Assembly (NCBI RefSeq): GCF_009914755.1
Contig: NC_060925.1
Source: the human T2T-CHM13v2.0 reference genome, Homo sapiens
DNA: 64,000 nt
Reading direction: 5' to 3' (one strand)
Below the pieces are notes generated by a model, which was not told the origin of the DNA, did not search any database, and saw nothing but the letters and a program-made list of their open reading frames with translations. The translations under genes and the position numbers were made by a program. This document shows positions 61,001-64,000 of this stretch, in pieces (positions within the stretch are counted from its first letter, which is position 1; each line of letters starts with the position of its first letter).

Positions 61001-64000
61001 TGTATTCAACTCACAGAGTTGAACGATCCTTTACAGAGAGCAGACTTGAAACACTCTTTTTGTGGAATTTGCAAGTGGAGATTTCAGCCGCTTTGAGGTC
61101 AATGGTAGAAAAGGAAATATCTTCCTATAAAGACTAGACAGAATGATTCTCAGAAACTCCTTTGTGATGTGTGCGTTCAACACACAGAGTTTAACTTTTC
61201 TTTTCATAGAGCAGTTAGGAAACACTCTGTTTGTAAAGTCTGCAAGTGGATATTCAGACCTCTTTGAGGCCTTCGTTGGAAACGGGATTTCTTCATATTC
61301 TGCTAGACAGAAGAATTCTCAGTAACTTCCTTGTGTTGTGTGTATTCAACTCACAGAATTGAACGATCCTTTACACAGAGCAGACTTGAAACACTCTTTT
61401 TGTGGAATTTGCAATTGTAGATTTCAGCCGCTTTGAGGTCAATGGTAGAAAAGGAAATATCTTCGTATAGAAACAAGACAGAATGATTCTCAGAAACTCC
61501 TTTGTGATGTGTGCGTTCAACTCACAGAGTTTAACCTTTCTCTTCATAGAGCAGTTAGGAAACACTCTGTTTGTAAAGTCTGCAAGTGGATAGTCAGACC
61601 TCCTTGAGGCCTTCGTTGGAAATGGGATTTCCTCATATTCTGCTAGACAGAAGAATTCTCACTAACTTCCTTGTGTTGTGTGTATTCAACTCACAGAGTT
61701 GAACGATCCTTTACACAGAGCAGACTTGAAACACTCTTTTTGTGGAATTTGCAAGTGGAGATTTCAGCCGCTTTGAGGTCAATGGTAGAAAAGGATATAT
61801 CTTCGTATAAAGACTAGACAGAATGATTCTCAGAAACTCCTTTGTGATGTGTGCGTTCAACTCACAGAGTTTAACTTTTCTTTTCATAGAGCAGTTAGGA
61901 AACACTCTGTTTGTAAAGTCTGCAAGTGGATATTCAGACCTCTTTGTGGCCTTCGTTGGAAACGGGATTTCTTCATATTATGCTAGACAGAATAATTCTC
62001 AGTAACTTCCTTGTGTTGTGTGTATTCAACTCTCAGAGTTGAACGATCCTTTACAGAGAGCAGACTTGAAACACTCTTTTTGTGGAATTTGCAAGTGGAG
62101 ATTTCAGCCGCTTTGAGGTCAATGGTAGAATAGGAAATATCTTCCTATAGAAACTAGACAGAATGATTCTCATAAACTCCTTTGGGATGTGTGCGTTCAA
62201 CTCACAGAGTTTAACCTTTCTTTTCATAGAGCAGTTAGGAAACACTCTGTTTGTAAAGTCTGCAAGTGGATATTCAGACCTCTTTGAGGCCTTCGTTGGA
62301 AACGGGATTTCTTCATATTCTGCTAGACAGAAGAATTCTCAGTAACTTCCTTGTGTTGTGTATATTCAACTCACAGAGTTGAACGATCCTTTACACAGAG
62401 CAGACTTGAAACACCCTTTTTGTGGAATTTGCAAGTGGAGATTTCAGCCGCTTTGAGGTCAATAGTAGAAAAGGAAATATCTTCGTAGAAAAACTAGACA
62501 GAATGATTCTCAGAAACTGCTTTGTGATGTGTGTGTTCAACTCACAGAGTTTAACCTTTCTTTTCATAGAGCAGTTAGTAAACACTCTGTTTATAAAGTC
62601 TGCAAGTGGATATTCAGACCCCTTTGAGGCCTTCGTTGGAAACGGGATTTCTTCATATTATGCTAGACAGAAGAATTCTCAGTAACTTCCTTGTGTTGTG
62701 TGTATTCAACTGACAGAGTTGAACTTTCATTTAGAGAGAGCAGATTTGAAACACTGTTTTTGTGGAATTTGCAAGTGGAGATTTCAAGCGCTTGGGGCCA
62801 AAGGAAGAAAACGAAATATCTTCGTATAAAACTAGACAGAATCATTCTCAGAAACTGCTGCGTGATGTGTGCGTTCAACTCTCAGAGTTTAACTTTTCTT
62901 TTCATTCAGCGGTTTGGAAACACTCTGTTTGTAAAGTCTGTACGTGGACATTTTGACCACTTAGAGGCCTTCGTTGGAAACGGGTTTTTTTCATGTAAGG
63001 CTAGACAGAAGAATTCCCAGTAACTTCCTTGTGTTGTGTGCATTCAACTCACAGAGTTGAAAGTTCCCTTAGACAGAGCAGATTCGAAACACTCTATTTG
63101 TGCAATTTGCAAGTGTAGATTTCAAGCGCTTTAAGGTCAATAGCAGAAAAGGAAATATCTTCGTTTGAAAACTAGACAGAATCATTCCCACAAACTGCGT
63201 TGTGATGTGCTCGTTCAACTCACAGAGTTTAACCTTTCTGTTCATAGAGCAGTTAGGAAACACTCTGTTTGTAAAGTCTGTAAGTGGATATTCTGACATC
63301 TTGTGGCCTTCGTTGGAAACGGGATTTCTTCATATTCTGCTAGACAGAAGAATTCTCAGTAACTTCCTTGTGTTGTGTGTATTCAACTCACAGAATTGAA
63401 CGATGCTTTACACAGAGCAGACTTGAAACACTCTTTTTGTGGAATTTGCAAGCGGAGATTTCAGCCGCTTTGGGGTCAATGGTAGAAAAGGAAATACCTT
63501 CGTATAAAGACTAGACAGAATGATTCTCAGAAAATCCTTTGTGATGTGTGCGTTCAACTCACAGAGTTTAACTTTTCTTTTCATAGAGCAGTTAGGAAAC
63601 ACTCTGTTTGTAAAGTCTGCAAGTGGATATTCAGACCTCCTTGAGGCCTTCGTTGGAAACGGGATTTCTTCATATTCTGCTAGACAGAAGAATTCTCAGT
63701 AACTTCCTTGTGTTGTGTGTATTCAACTCACAGAGTTGAACGATCCTTTACAGAGAGCAGACTTGAAACACTCTTTTTGTGGAATTTGCAAGTGGAGATT
63801 TCAGCCGCTTTGAGGTCAACGGTAGAACAAGAAATATCTTCCTATAGAAACTAGACAGAATGATTCTCATAAACTCCTTTGTGATGTGTGCGTTCAACTC
63901 ACAGAGTTTAACATTTCTTTTCATAGAGCAGTTAGGAAACACTCTGTTTGTAAAGTCTGCAAGTGGATATTCACACCTCTTTGAGGCCTTCGTTGGAAAC

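Larger units (their letters stand above)
133..62672 (+). repeat. 32 complete variable-length HOR units, measured X dimer to X dimer
   Basis: X dimers start (at the EcoRI site) at 133, 1833, 4213, 5913, 7273, 8633, 10672, 13051, 14751, 17471, 19509, 21888, 23588, 25626, 27325, 28685, 31745, 33783, 36162, 37862, 39222, 41260, 42960, 46020, 48058, 50437, 52137, 53497, 55196, 57235, 58595, 59615, 62673. Unit sizes in monomers: 10,14,10,8,8,12,14,10,16,12,14,10,12,10,8,18,12,14,10,8,12,10,18,12,14,10,8,10,12,8,6,18. Confidence 0.9.
1..64000 (+). repeat. Centromeric alpha-satellite array, SF1 (J1/J2) 340-bp dimer type, higher-order-repeat array; probably S1C1/5/19H1L (D1Z7/D5Z2/D19Z3)
   Basis: Strict 340-bp periodicity (occasionally 339/338) end to end, visible in the sequence and in the ORF start offsets. 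Two related ~171-bp monomers alternate, one with CTTCGTTGGAAACGGGA and one with 'caatggtagaa(a/t)aggaaatatc'. An EcoRI GAATTC occurs about once per dimer (133, 473, 1153...). Alpha-satellite identity is near-certain. The chr1/5/19 assignment is by recognition, not a search (about 0.8). Confidence 0.99.

Noticed and set aside
158-63942. Hundreds of 60-110 aa ORFs on both strands (MFPNCSMKRK..., MEFASGDF..., MCIQLTEL...)
   Set aside because: They recur every 340 bp with the satellite, overlap on opposite strands, mostly begin at GTG or other non-ATG codons, are freely broken by stops and frameshifts, and show no recognisable domain. They are chance frames, useful only as markers of dimer type.
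91-64000. Regularly spaced conserved motif with a palindrome, superficially CRISPR-like
   Set aside because: The intervening sequences are near-identical repeats rather than unique spacers, the period is 340 bp, and there are no cas genes. The motif is the CENP-B box of alpha satellite.
1-64000. Hidden insertion (L1, Alu, viral or synthetic cassette) or inversion breakpoint
   Set aside because: The 340-bp register is kept throughout with only 1-bp shifts, and all CENP-B boxes read on the + strand. I found no poly(A) tail, target-site duplication or non-alphoid stretch.
1-64000. Claim that this is the functional kinetochore site (CENP-A domain or centromere dip region), or assignment to one chromosome
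   Set aside because: High homogeneity and dense CENP-B boxes indicate a live HOR array, but kinetochore position needs methylation or CENP-A data, and chr1, 5 and 19 share this HOR family.

Overview
The whole 64 kb is one uninterrupted, head-to-tail array of primate centromeric alpha-satellite DNA, most likely human. It consists of about 188 EcoRI-delimited 340-bp dimers (about 376 monomers of ~171 bp) in a single orientation, with a CENP-B box in every second monomer. This is suprachromosomal family 1 (J1/J2 dimer). The diagnostic monomers resemble the live HOR shared by chromosomes 1, 5 and 19 (S1C1/5/19H1L; D1Z7/D5Z2/D19Z3); this is recognition from memory, and I cannot tell which chromosome. 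I found no protein-coding genes, RNA genes, transposons or CRISPR arrays. Every listed ORF is a chance reading frame repeated with the dimer. I see no evidence for a new gene-based system. The non-trivial content is architectural. HOR length varies from 6 to 18 monomers. Nested recent duplications occur at offsets of 340, 680, 1,360, 6,117, 8,837/8, 13,934, 14,275 and 23,112 bp, with in-phase deletions of 340, 680 and 2,039 bp. There are hybrid monomers whose crossover intervals map to ~20 bp, about 21 inactivated CENP-B boxes, and a more diverged segment after ~55.2 kb. My dimer labels: X = dimer with 'gaactttcatttagagag...ctttggggccaaaggc', Y = dimer with 'gaacgttcccttagac...cacaaactgcgttg', W = dimer with 'aatagtagaa...gttagtaaac...cccctttg', D = generic dimer. 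All comparisons were done by eye using the sequence and ORF offsets, so counts are minimums or approximations.
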